Virus record (IMG/VR): IMGVR_UViG_3300025909_000005
Direction: 5' to 3' (one strand)
Origin: a virus
Taxonomy: Duplodnaviria; Caudoviricetes
DNA: 64,000 bases
The notes below the pieces were generated by a model, which was not told the origin of the DNA, did no database searches, and saw nothing but the letters and a program-made list of their open reading frames with translations. Position 1 is the first letter of the stretch. Each line of letters begins with the position of its first letter. Both the position numbers and the translations under genes were made by a program. Positions 9,005 to 17,656 of this stretch are shown piece by piece.

Positions 9005-9722
9005 CAAACCCACTCTCATCACCCTCACAGCACCAACTTGTTCAGGCAAGTCGTTCCTGCTCGAGTACCTGACAGATCAGGTCACCCCATACCGTCGCAC
9101 CGTCGTGAAGGGGTTGTGCGAGCGAATCGTCAGCACCACAACTCGAAAGTCACGAGAAGGTGAAGAGGAAGGTAAGGACTACTACTTCATCAGCGAAGAG
9201 GAGTCGATTCGCATGGAGCAGGACGGGCTGTTCGCTGAGCTCATCACGTTCCGAGGCACCCGCTACGGCGTCACAAAGGTCGAGATGGCCAAGAAGATGG
9301 CCAGCGACCGTCCGCCAATCGTGATCCTTGAGCCGCAAGGTCTGAAGATCTACGAGAAGCTCTGTCAGGAGAATGGTTGGGGCATCTACAAGGTGTTCGT
9401 CAGCACGTCTGAGCCAGTGCGAATTCAGCGCCTGAATCACCGAACCTCTCTCGACATGCAGGACGTCATTCGTCGACGCCATGAGTTCCAAGGGGACGAG
9501 CTCTTCGAAGCGATCAAGAAGGTCATCTCAACGCACACGAACCGCATGGAGTCGATCATGGGTGAAGAGCGGCGCTGGCAGGGCATGAGCGTCTGGGATG
9601 CCATTATCACGGGTGAGGACCGCATGAAGGCGATCGCTGACCTCAAGCAGGGCATCGCATGGCGGAACCAGCGCACCAAGAATCCAACTCCTTTCAATGG
9701 GTACTTCAATGACATTGCTTGA
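8994..9722 (+). CDS. guanylate-kinase-like protein
   Basis: APTCSGKS P-loop; IVSTTTRKSREGEEEGKDYYFIS and RYGVT GMK signatures. Confidence 0.8.
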   Translation: MQFDKPTLITLTAPTCSGKSFLLEYLTDQVTPYRRTVVKGLCERIVSTTTRKSREGEEEGKDYYFISEEESIRMEQDGLFAELITFRGTRYGVTKVEMAKKMASDRPPIVILEPQGLKIYEKLCQENGWGIYKVFVSTSEPVRIQRLNHRTSLDMQDVIRRRHEFQGDELFEAIKKVISTHTNRMESIMGEERRWQGMSVWDAIITGEDRMKAIADLKQGIAWRNQRTKNPTPFNGYFNDIA

Positions 9723-10164
9723 AATTGTAGGCGTAGGCGTTAGCGACCTCGCGTGTCTTGGCTTTGGCGTCTGGGTCGGTGTCTACCTTGTAGGTCGCTC
9801 CATTCGGAAGCAGGCCGAGAAGCTGGTTCCTCCAAGCCTGATGGACAAGCTGCCGAGCATGGAGGAAGCGCAGGACCTCTTCAAGGACATCGACTTCAAT
9901 GACATCGCAAGTCGACTTCAGTCAGCACTTCAGCAGCCAACGGTTGTTCTAGGGCCGCAGGTACCAGCAGAGCACCCAGTCAGGCAGTTCGAGGGAGTGA
10001 TCGGTTCACGAGGGCCGAACATGATCGTGGTCGCACCGAATGGTGCTGAGTTCGCCATCACGGACGGCACTAAGGGCATGAAACCGGAGCAGCTCATATC
10101 GGGAACGAAGGTGGAAGCCCACGCAAGCGGGAACGTCCTCAAGTACGTCTTCCCGAAGAAGTAA
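9709..10164 (+). CDS. hypothetical protein with N-terminal TM
   Basis: Hydrophobic N-terminus; followed by terminator. Confidence 0.6.
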   Translation: MTLLEIVGVGVSDLACLGFGVWVGVYLVGRSIRKQAEKLVPPSLMDKLPSMEEAQDLFKDIDFNDIASRLQSALQQPTVVLGPQVPAEHPVRQFEGVIGSRGPNMIVVAPNGAEFAITDGTKGMKPEQLISGTKVEAHASGNVLKYVFPKK

Positions 10165-10168
10165 CAAG

Positions 10169-10195
10169 AAGCCCGATTCGTCGGGCTTTGTTTTG
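10169..10195 (+). terminator. rho-independent terminator
   Basis: AAGCCCGA-TTCG-TCGGGCTT then TGTTTT. Confidence 0.85.
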
Positions 10196-10205
10196 CCCGG
10201 GCCTG

Positions 10206-10234
10206 TGTACATCGAACGCTATCTGACTTACAAT
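10206..10234 (+). promoter_or_regulatory. early sigma70-type promoter
   Basis: TGTACA-N17-TACAAT directly after terminator. Confidence 0.65.
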
Positions 10235-10296
10235 TGCACTGTAAACCGCTATCTAGCCACTAATGCTATTACCCGCGCGCTGCGCATGGAGAATGT

Positions 10297-10542
10297 ATGC
10301 CCACTCTGACGAGTTCCAGTGTCACGTACGAATTCAGCCTCGAGGAACTGACGAAGCTGATCGCAGCCGACCTGATGGTTCCCATTGACGCGATCAAGAT
10401 CGACTTCGTGCAGAAGGACTTCGCTGGCTACGGCGATCGTGGTTCTGACTTCCGCACCGTGGGTTTGAAGGTAACGGTCGACAACACGAAGATCAAGAGC
10501 GAGCCGGCTTTCGCAGAACGCGGCGGCTGGAACGACAGATGA
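10297..10542 (+). CDS. hypothetical protein
   Basis: GGAG SD. Confidence 0.7.
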   Translation: MPTLTSSSVTYEFSLEELTKLIAADLMVPIDAIKIDFVQKDFAGYGDRGSDFRTVGLKVTVDNTKIKSEPAFAERGGWNDR

Positions 10543-10694
10543 AAGACTTTGGCAAGGCGTTCCTCGCGCTCATCGTGATCTGCATCGTTTTCGGATCACT
10601 TCTCCTCTTCGTCAAGCCGATCAAGGACCCATGTCCGACGGCCTACTACGTCCATGGCGGTTCACCGCAGACGTGCCCTCATTCCACCAGGTGA
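10539..10694 (+). CDS. small membrane protein
   Basis: ATGA overlap, one TM, 51 aa; absent from ORF track. Confidence 0.55.
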   Translation: MKDFGKAFLALIVICIVFGSLLLFVKPIKDPCPTAYYVHGGSPQTCPHSTR

Positions 10695-10699
10695 AAAAC

Positions 10700-11245
10700 A
10701 TGCGCCTCTACTCCTTCGTCGCCGGCCTCTACCTCTCGCAGCTGCAGCGCGGCCTGCAGACGGCTCACGTTCTCGGTGAGCTGAACAGCAAGTACGAGGA
10801 CCACGGTGCCAACCTGGCACGCATGGAAAAGCAGCAGCTCCTGCGTGAGTGGCAGCGCAAGCACAAGACAATCATCATCGCCAGTGCCATGACGGCCGGT
10901 GAAGTGCGCCGCCTACACGAAAAGCTGCTCACGATGACCGCCGACTGGCAGCCGTCTCCGATGCAGATGCCTGTCGCCATGTTCTGCGAGGACGTAGAAA
11001 GCGCAGACGGTATGGCCACTGCAGTTGGCATTGTCGTTCCTCAGCACTACTACGACGCGAAGTTCGTCAGCGGCAAGCTTGATCCTGCCGGGCTGGATTC
11101 CTACGTCTACACCGACGAGGACGGCAAGGAGGAGTACTACGTCAACTACCCGTACGAAGATGGCATGGGTATCATGAAGTGCGTCTCCCAGCTCCAGTTC
11201 GAGTTTGTAAAATTGATCAAGAGCTATCCGCTCGCCCAGAGCTGA
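10700..11245 (+). CDS. peptidyl-tRNA hydrolase PTH2-like protein
   Basis: QRGLQTAH, WQRKHKTIII, FCED and ATAVGIVVP match the PTH2 pattern (Q-x-x-H, K-x-V/I, D, T-x-V-G). Confidence 0.55.
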   Translation: MRLYSFVAGLYLSQLQRGLQTAHVLGELNSKYEDHGANLARMEKQQLLREWQRKHKTIIIASAMTAGEVRRLHEKLLTMTADWQPSPMQMPVAMFCEDVESADGMATAVGIVVPQHYYDAKFVSGKLDPAGLDSYVYTDEDGKEEYYVNYPYEDGMGIMKCVSQLQFEFVKLIKSYPLAQS

Positions 11246-11260
11246 GATTGTCGTGTCCAA

Positions 11261-11295
11261 TAAATACTCCATACTGCAGATGAGCAGTATGGAGT
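11261..11295 (+). promoter_or_regulatory. late promoter TAAATA overlapping a 12-bp hairpin that sequesters an SD
   Basis: TAAATA 11261-66; ACTCCATACTGC 11266-77 pairs perfectly with GCAGTATGGAGT 11284-95, which contains GGAG. Confidence 0.75.
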
Positions 11296-11299
11296 TGAC

Positions 11300-11485
11300 A
11301 TGACTGGAAGAGACCCTAACGACAAGGCGCCTCTGATCGCTGCCATTGTGGTGGCGGTCCTTGCATTCGCCGCGTTCCTCTTCATTGTGCACGAGGGCAG
11401 AGCTCTCTTGCCCCAGATTTCCGTAGCCCACGCTCATCTGAAGATTCAGACGCTTCACCATCCTGGTGCTAGCGCGCCAATTTAA
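11300..11485 (+). CDS. small single-TM protein
   Basis: GGAG-N5-ATG; hydrophobic LIAAIVVAVLAFAAFLFIV. Confidence 0.6.
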   Translation: MTGRDPNDKAPLIAAIVVAVLAFAAFLFIVHEGRALLPQISVAHAHLKIQTLHHPGASAPI

Positions 11486-11495
11486 GGAGAAAGCA

Positions 11496-11774
11496 ATGGA
11501 CAATTACGACCCAAATGACCCAGTAGTCCGTGAAGAGCGCACTGTTGTCACGCCAGCACCTGCGCCAATCGCACCAACCCCAGCTGCACCGACCGTCGTC
11601 ACGACTGGTTCTGGTGGCATCATCGCTGCCATCATCGTTTTCTTGGTAGTCGTGATCGGTGGTTGGATGTGGTACACGAACACCACGCCTACGCAGGCTG
11701 TTCACAAGGTAGAAACTTCGACCTCGAATGTCTACCACGACGCAACTGGCTCTGCAAAGCCAGCAAGCAACTAA
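11496..11774 (+). CDS. single-TM protein with Pro/Thr-rich N-terminus
   Basis: AAGGAG SD; central TM. Confidence 0.75.
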   Translation: MDNYDPNDPVVREERTVVTPAPAPIAPTPAAPTVVTTGSGGIIAAIIVFLVVVIGGWMWYTNTTPTQAVHKVETSTSNVYHDATGSAKPASN

Positions 11775-11787
11775 GGAGTTCTCACAC

Positions 11788-12081
11788 ATGCGTTCCCTCG
11801 TTCTCACTGCACTCGCTGCAGCATCTCTCGCTCTCGGCGGTTGCGCCGGCATGAGCAACCACGACCAGCGCGTCCTCTCGGGCGCAGCAATCGGTGGTGT
11901 CGTCGGTCACGCCGTCCTCGGCGGTACTGGTGGTGCCGTCGCCGGTGCTGTAGTTGGTGGTGTCGTCGGCGACTCTGTTGACCGCGACGCACGTGATCGC
12001 GAACAGCGCGACCGTGACTACCGCTACAACGACTGCCGTCGTTACAACAGCGAAGAGTTCTGCCGCCGCAACGTGCGCTAA
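11788..12081 (+). CDS. glycine-zipper lipoprotein
   Basis: AAGGAG SD; lipobox LALGG-C; GAAIGGVVG and GAVVGGVVG zipper motifs. Confidence 0.8.
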   Translation: MRSLVLTALAAASLALGGCAGMSNHDQRVLSGAAIGGVVGHAVLGGTGGAVAGAVVGGVVGDSVDRDARDREQRDRDYRYNDCRRYNSEEFCRRNVR

Positions 12082-12100
12082 GCAGAACCTGCTCCAAACG

Positions 12101-12125
12101 AAGCCCGCCCCGTGCGGGCTTTTTC
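12101..12125 (+). terminator. rho-independent terminator
   Basis: AAGCCCGC-CCCGT-GCGGGCTT followed by T run. Confidence 0.85.
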
Positions 12126-12128
12126 GTA

Positions 12129-12156
12129 TGTACTTCTGGGGTGAGTGTGATAAAAT
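12129..12156 (+). promoter_or_regulatory. early promoter, predicted leaderless start
   Basis: TGTACT-N16-TAAAAT-caccct-ATG(12163). Confidence 0.65.
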
Positions 12157-12162
12157 CACCCT

Positions 12163-12387
12163 ATGGTAAGCGACAAATACCGCCTTCGTCGGGCGAGGAG
12201 AGGCTTTGCCTCACGACGGCTCGAGCTCCTCGGCAAGCTGTGGATGGCAGAGAACATGCTCACGCATGCGATCATCGGTCACATGGCTGGCGATCCTAAG
12301 GGAGAAGCAAAGAAGGCCGAGGCGCGAACAGAGATCGCAACGATCGAGTCCGAGCTCAACACCATCTGCCATCCCGAAAAGCCATAA
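12163..12387 (+). CDS. hypothetical protein
   Basis: ORF directly after promoter. Confidence 0.6.
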   Translation: MVSDKYRLRRARRGFASRRLELLGKLWMAENMLTHAIIGHMAGDPKGEAKKAEARTEIATIESELNTICHPEKP

Positions 12388-12438
12388 GTAGCTGTTGCGG
12401 CGCGAGTCGCAATTCAGTTTACACGCTACATCACAGGA

Positions 12439-12447
12439 TGATATAAT
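12439..12447 (+). promoter_or_regulatory. extended -10 promoter, predicted leaderless start of topoisomerase
   Basis: TGA-TATAAT-aggctc-ATG(12454), no SD. Confidence 0.7.
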
Positions 12448-12453
12448 AGGCTC

Positions 12454-14472
12454 ATGAGCAAAACCATCGAACAGAAGTTCAAGAAGCTGTCGGAAGTCGA
12501 GCACGTTCTCGCACGTCCCGGCCGCTACATCGGCTCCATCGCGGCTCACACCGCCGTCGAATGGGTTCCGGTCCTCGACAACCCAAAGAAGATGCAGAAG
12601 AAGGAGGTCACGTACTCTCCTGGCTTCCTGAAGATCTTCGACGAAGTCATCACGAACTCGGCCGACCACTCGCGTACGGCCGAGGGCAAGCACCTCGACA
12701 TCATCCGCGTCGAAGTCGACCAAGCCAAGGGCGAAATCTCCGTGTACGACAACGGCGGTATCCCCGTCGTCAAGCACTCCGAGTACGGCCAGTGGGTTCC
12801 GGAAATGATCTTCGAACTCCGCGCGGGTTCGAACTTCAACGACGACGATCAAGCTGACCTCGCCGGCCAGAACGGTGAAGGTGCGGCTCTCACGTGCATC
12901 TTCTCAGAGTACTTCACCGTCGAAACCTGCGACGGCAAGAACCGCTTCAAGATGACCTTCACGGACAACTCGCAGACGCGTCCGGAACCGAAGATCACGG
13001 CAGTCGACTCGAAGGGCTACACGCGCATCACCTACAAGCCGGAGTTCGAACGCCTCGGTATGGAGGAGATCGATGAGGACAACTTCCTCATGCTCTACGC
13101 CCGTACGCTGGAGATCGCAGCTACGAACACGCACCTCAAGGTGTACTTCAACGGCACCCGCATCGTGACGCAGTCGTTCCGCGACTACATCGAGATGTTC
13201 GCCCCGACGCCCGAGTCCGACATCATCTTCGACTCCACGCCGTACTTCAAGGTCGGCGTGATGGAGTCGCAGGAAGGCTTCCAACACACCTCGTTCGTGA
13301 GCTGCACGCACACGAAGGTCGGTGGTACCCACGTCACGTATGTCGTCAACCAGATCGTCGACAGCGTTCGCGAGTACATCAAGAAGAAGCACAAGCTGGA
13401 GATCAAGCCGGCCGATGTCCGCAACCACATGCACCTCTTCATCGACTGCCGCATCATCAACCCGCGGTACTCGAGCCAGACGAAGGACGACCTCATCACC
13501 GAGGTCTCCGCGTACAGCGGCAAGGGCAGCATCAACGGCGGCGCCAAGCCGGAGCCGCGCACGTGGACCGTGCCTGACAAGTTCATCGCGAAGCTGCTGA
13601 AGACCAGCATCGTCCAGTCTATCCTCGACTGGGTGAAGGCGAAGGAAGAAGCTGAGCTGGCCAAGGAACTGCGCAAGGCCGGCAAGGAGCAGAAGGCGTA
13701 CGATCCCCGCAAGGTCGACAAGTTCAGCGACGCGATGGAGCGCATTCAGCGTCACAAGTGCGTGCTCTTCATTGCTGAGGGTGACAGCGCGTCCAAGTCC
13801 ATCCAAGGCGGTCGCGGCAAGAACCCGTACATCGGCTCGTTCCCGCTGAAGGGCAAGCCGCTCAACGTACGTGAGAAGGAAATCGCTCGCATCCTCGGTC
13901 TCGATCGCAAGAAGGAGATGGAGGCCAAGGGCAAGAAGGCCGAGCCCAACGAAATCCAAAAGCTGCTCACGATCATCGGTCTCGAAATCGGCCGGCCGGT
14001 CAAGTCCCTCGCAGAGCTCCGCTTCGGCAAGCTGGCGATCACGACCGACGCCGACGTCGACGGTTTCCACATCAGCGGCCTCCTCATCAACCTCATCCAC
14101 CACTTCTGGCCGGAGCTGATGAAGATGGGCTTCGTCCACATCTTCCGGACGCCGATCGTGGTCGTCACGCTGAAGGACAAGTCCAAGCTCGAGTTCTTCA
14201 CCGAGAAGGAGTTCCACGAGTGGGAGGAGAAGTCCGGCAAGAAGCTGAACGGCTGGACGAAGGCCTACTACAAGGGTCTGGCGAAGTGGGACACGGACGA
14301 GTTCGCTGAGTTCCTCAGCAACACGGACAAGTACCTCTTCAAGGTCACCATGGAAAACGCGGAAGACGACGACGCCATCGACCTCGCGTTCAACGGCCAG
14401 CGTGCCGACGACCGCAAGGAGTGGCTCGAAACGCCGGCCGACAACTTCGACGACTTCATCGTGGAGGCCTGA
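12454..14472 (+). CDS. type IIA DNA topoisomerase large subunit (GHKL ATPase + TOPRIM; T4 gp39+gp60-like)
   Basis: EHVLARPGRYIGS, FDEVITNSAD, DNGGIP, GQNGEG, AEGDSA, PLKGKPLN, TDADVDGFHI, YYKGLA. Confidence 0.95.
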   Translation: MSKTIEQKFKKLSEVEHVLARPGRYIGSIAAHTAVEWVPVLDNPKKMQKKEVTYSPGFLKIFDEVITNSADHSRTAEGKHLDIIRVEVDQAKGEISVYDNGGIPVVKHSEYGQWVPEMIFELRAGSNFNDDDQADLAGQNGEGAALTCIFSEYFTVETCDGKNRFKMTFTDNSQTRPEPKITAVDSKGYTRITYKPEFERLGMEEIDEDNFLMLYARTLEIAATNTHLKVYFNGTRIVTQSFRDYIEMFAPTPESDIIFDSTPYFKVGVMESQEGFQHTSFVSCTHTKVGGTHVTYVVNQIVDSVREYIKKKHKLEIKPADVRNHMHLFIDCRIINPRYSSQTKDDLITEVSAYSGKGSINGGAKPEPRTWTVPDKFIAKLLKTSIVQSILDWVKAKEEAELAKELRKAGKEQKAYDPRKVDKFSDAMERIQRHKCVLFIAEGDSASKSIQGGRGKNPYIGSFPLKGKPLNVREKEIARILGLDRKKEMEAKGKKAEPNEIQKLLTIIGLEIGRPVKSLAELRFGKLAITTDADVDGFHISGLLINLIHHFWPELMKMGFVHIFRTPIVVVTLKDKSKLEFFTEKEFHEWEEKSGKKLNGWTKAYYKGLAKWDTDEFAEFLSNTDKYLFKVTMENAEDDDAIDLAFNGQRADDRKEWLETPADNFDDFIVEA

Positions 14473-14759
14473 TGCCTACGAAATGGTATGATGGACACTC
14501 GTACCCGACCACCGTGTCGGACTTGCCAAAGGACGGGCCGTTCAACGCGGCTCTGTACGAGGAGTGGTACTCAAATGACGATGGCTACGGGGGTCAATCC
14601 ACGGGCTATGCGCTGAAGCTGATCGTCTTCGAAACGCCGAAGGCGATGGAGGACTGGGCCCTTCAGCAGGTCAAGTCCGACAGCCGCAAGAAGTTCCAGC
14701 TGGTTCGCATCAACCCAATTCACCTCGAGGTGAAGACGGTACTGACGATCAAGGAGTGA
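14472..14759 (+). CDS. hypothetical protein
   Basis: TGATG coupling to topoisomerase gene. Confidence 0.7.
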   Translation: MPTKWYDGHSYPTTVSDLPKDGPFNAALYEEWYSNDDGYGGQSTGYALKLIVFETPKAMEDWALQQVKSDSRKKFQLVRINPIHLEVKTVLTIKE

Positions 14760-14760
14760 G

Positions 14761-14958
14761 ATGAGCAAGCCACCGAAGCACCTCACGTGGCGCAACGTCG
14801 TCGACGCCGACAAGCAGTACTGCGGCCATCCCGACACAGCAGCCTACAAGGCATTTCACCTGGGATACCAGTACTTCGTGTGGGATGGTGACGTCTACAA
14901 GGTGGACGAAAACGCCGAAGCAGTTCCGACGGACTGGACCGTCGGTGACGTCAGTTAG
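14761..14958 (+). CDS. hypothetical protein
   Basis: GGAG SD. Confidence 0.65.
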   Translation: MSKPPKHLTWRNVVDADKQYCGHPDTAAYKAFHLGYQYFVWDGDVYKVDENAEAVPTDWTVGDVS

Positions 14959-15706
14959 CCAGCTTCTTGATCTTGCCGTTCTTCGAGTCGTCGACTGGCC
15001 AAGCGTAGATGTACGAGCCAGCGAAGTCCTTGACGAGCATGAACTCGGTGCCGAACGCCACGTAGTGGTGAATCTGCGCCTTGTAACCAGGCATGACATT
15101 GTCGAAGTCGATGTGGCCTGGACCCATGTCTTCACCGAACTTCTTCAGGTAGGCGGCCACGGCCTGCACTTCCTTCTCTGAGTTCGGCTTGCCCTGGCCA
15201 CCGAGGTTACCGATCATGGTGATCTGGTCGGTCTTCGTCTGCGTCAACGCGCCGAAGAGGGCCTTGCCGAGCTGACGAATCGCAGCAGCTGCGTTGCCAG
15301 GAAGGTTCGCGACGTGGTGCCAACGAACAGAAATCTGGCCAGCCTTCTCAAGAGCCGTCTCAAGGTGAGCAGGCAGCTTCGAAGCAGGAACGTGGACGAC
15401 GATGTCGGAGTGCTCAGTGTCGTCGAGCCCGACGGTTGGCATGTTCTTGTGGAGATTTGCGAAGTGCTTCGCTGCATCAGGGTGGACGTGAATACCGCTG
15501 GTGGCATCGTCGGTCTCAGCCTTTGATACTCCCTTTGGAGAGCCGTGCTTTGGCTTCTCAGCGTCATCTGACTTGTCATCGTCCTTCTTTGCGAGTGGCT
15601 TGTCATCGGTCTTGAAGAAGGAATCTTGGTCGAGTCCGGTCTTGTTCTTGGTTTTTGTCTTGGTCGACTTTTCGTCGTCGGCTTCGTACAGGTCGGTGAG
15701 ACGCAT
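14951..15706 (-). CDS. late charged protein, candidate internal head protein
   Basis: MRLTDLYEA... reads on the minus strand (CAT at 15704-06; the ORF track label + is wrong); AAGGA SD and TAAATA upstream. Confidence 0.75.
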   Translation of the reverse strand: MRLTDLYEADDEKSTKTKTKNKTGLDQDSFFKTDDKPLAKKDDDKSDDAEKPKHGSPKGVSKAETDDATSGIHVHPDAAKHFANLHKNMPTVGLDDTEHSDIVVHVPASKLPAHLETALEKAGQISVRWHHVANLPGNAAAAIRQLGKALFGALTQTKTDQITMIGNLGGQGKPNSEKEVQAVAAYLKKFGEDMGPGHIDFDNVMPGYKAQIHHYVAFGTEFMLVKDFAGSYIYAWPVDDSKNGKIKKLAN

Positions 15707-15731
15707 AGATATGTCCTTGCTGGAGATCGTC

Positions 15732-15737
15732 TATTTA
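15732..15737 (-). promoter_or_regulatory. late promoter TAAATA
   Basis: TATTTA on + strand, upstream of the minus-strand gene. Confidence 0.6.
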
Positions 15738-15756
15738 CGGGCTCTCAGCATCACAG

Positions 15757-15785
15757 TGTACTTCCCCGAACAACTGACTTATAAT
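15757..15785 (+). promoter_or_regulatory. early promoter, predicted leaderless start
   Basis: TGTACT-N17-TATAAT-cgttct-ATG(15792). Confidence 0.7.
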
Positions 15786-15791
15786 CGTTCT

Positions 15792-17177
15792 ATGGTAAAG
15801 CAAACCACCTCCGAATACAACGCGAACACGCGTCGTTCGATTCGAGTGAAGCACTTCATGGGTTCTGCCATGAAGTCGTTCTCGCTCTACGACAACGTGC
15901 GTTCGATTCCTGCCATTGACGGCCTCAAGCCGTCCCAGCGCAAGGCCCTCTACGGCACGCTGCAACGCGGCGAAAATGCACCGCTCCTCCAAGTCGAACG
16001 TCTCTCGGCCCACATCGCGGCCGTCACCGACTACCACCACGGCACCGGCTCCATGAGCTCGACGATCGCCGGCATGGGAGCCTACAAGTACGCTGGCTCC
16101 AACAACATGTGCCTCTTCAAGTCGAAGGGCCAGTTCGGTTCTCGTCTCACTCCTGACCCGGGCGCCGGCCGTTACATCGAAGCCCGCCTCGCTCCCGAGT
16201 TCCGTCAACTCATGCGGAAGGAAGACGACGCGATTCTCGACTACAACTTCTCCGACGGCGACCAGATCGAGCCGAAGCTGTACCTCCCCATCCTCCCGCT
16301 CATGCTCATCAACGGCAGCTCGGGTACCGGTACCGGCCACGCCAGCGAGATCAAGTCCTACCATCCCGAGCAAATCCGCGACGCGGTCGTGAAGCTGCTC
16401 GAGGGCAAGAAGCTCAAGCCGGGCACTCTCGTCCCGTGGTTCCGTGCACTCGGCGGCTACAAGGGAACCGTCGAACGCAACGCCGAGACCGGCCAGGTCG
16501 TCATGACGGGCAAGCTGCAGGTCGTCAACTCCACGACGATTCGAATTACCGAGCTGCCGGTCGGCATCTTCCTCGACCAGTACAAGGCCCACCTCGAGAA
16601 GCTGGAGGAACAGGACATCGTTTCGGACTGGGAGGACGCCTCCACCGAAGAGAGCTTCGACTTCACCGTGAAGGTGCCGCGCTCGACGACGGCCCAGTCC
16701 ATGGACTGGATCATGACGAAGTTCAAGATGATCACGCGCGACACGGAGAACTTCACCATTTGGAACAAGGAAGGACGTCTCCAGCGGTTCGAGTCCGCCG
16801 AAGCGGTGATCGAGGAGTTCGTGGCATGGCGCCTCGGCTTCTACGAAATCCGTCGGCAGAAGATGATCACCGACACGAAGGAAGCCATCCGCTTCCAGTC
16901 CGAGGTGGTTCGCTTCATCAAGTTCTACCTCGCCAACACGAAGGTGTTCAGCGGTACGGGCAAGAAGGAGCTCATCGAGCTGATGCAGAAGAACGGCTTC
17001 GACGACTACGATCGTCTGCTCGGCATGGCGATCTGGAACCTGACGAAGGACAAGATCGACGAGCTCGAGAAGAAGCTGACCGATCTGAAGGCGTACCTCA
17101 AGACGCTCGAATCCGACACCGCCGACGCCATGTACAAGCGTGAGCTGAAGGCATTCAAGTACGAGGAAACGGTATGA
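15792..17177 (+). CDS. type IIA topoisomerase breakage-reunion subunit (T4 gp52/ParC-like)
   Basis: RSIPAIDGLKPSQRK, YHHG, GQFGSR, GAGRYI (catalytic Tyr), LPILPLMLINGSSGTGTG. Confidence 0.95.
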   Translation: MVKQTTSEYNANTRRSIRVKHFMGSAMKSFSLYDNVRSIPAIDGLKPSQRKALYGTLQRGENAPLLQVERLSAHIAAVTDYHHGTGSMSSTIAGMGAYKYAGSNNMCLFKSKGQFGSRLTPDPGAGRYIEARLAPEFRQLMRKEDDAILDYNFSDGDQIEPKLYLPILPLMLINGSSGTGTGHASEIKSYHPEQIRDAVVKLLEGKKLKPGTLVPWFRALGGYKGTVERNAETGQVVMTGKLQVVNSTTIRITELPVGIFLDQYKAHLEKLEEQDIVSDWEDASTEESFDFTVKVPRSTTAQSMDWIMTKFKMITRDTENFTIWNKEGRLQRFESAEAVIEEFVAWRLGFYEIRRQKMITDTKEAIRFQSEVVRFIKFYLANTKVFSGTGKKELIELMQKNGFDDYDRLLGMAIWNLTKDKIDELEKKLTDLKAYLKTLESDTADAMYKRELKAFKYEETV

Positions 17178-17629
17178 AGCAATCCAAGCTGGGCAAGGCC
17201 CTCCAGACCCTCATGGCCTACGTGACGGTCCCGCTCCTCCTGCTGGGGTACTACTACACAGGCAACGACGGCTTCCGCTACCTCTACGGCGTGCTGACGA
17301 CGCTGCTCTTCCTCTTCTGGATCGCCACGGGTGTCGCCCTGTTCTGGGTCAGGGTCGAGACCGGCGATGAGGACTTCCTCGAAGGAATGCAGGAGGCGTT
17401 CGCGAAGTCCGAGACAGAAGGTGACAAGAGCTACCGGAAGCTGGCCTACCCTGGCCCGTACCAGTACTTCATGCGCTTTCTGTCAGTCGTGTACATCGTC
17501 GCCACGTTCTACCTCGGCATGTACATCATCGGCACCATGTACCTGCTCGCCACGTTGATTGCACTTGGGGTGGCAAGCGTCATCGGAAAACGTGCTGCTC
17601 GGTACTTCGAGGCCGCCGAGAAACCGTAA
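17174..17629 (+). CDS. multi-pass membrane protein
   Basis: About four hydrophobic segments; ATGA overlap. Confidence 0.7.
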   Translation: MKQSKLGKALQTLMAYVTVPLLLLGYYYTGNDGFRYLYGVLTTLLFLFWIATGVALFWVRVETGDEDFLEGMQEAFAKSETEGDKSYRKLAYPGPYQYFMRFLSVVYIVATFYLGMYIIGTMYLLATLIALGVASVIGKRAARYFEAAEKP

Positions 17630-17632
17630 ATA
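17627..17632 (+). promoter_or_regulatory. late promoter TAAATA
   Basis: Overlaps upstream stop, 24 nt before ATG 17657. Confidence 0.45.
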
Positions 17633-17656
17633 CATCTCAACACCCACAAGGCCAAG

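Noticed and set aside
12904-14217. Long antisense ORFs (also 37582-38739, 46894-47736, 15735-16592, 4823-5440)
   Set aside because: Shadow frames produced by strong C/G third-position bias of the real + strand genes; no SD, promoter or motifs
14951-15706. ORF track lists this protein on the + strand
   Set aside because: The translation MRLTDLYE matches the reverse complement starting at 15706; annotated as minus strand
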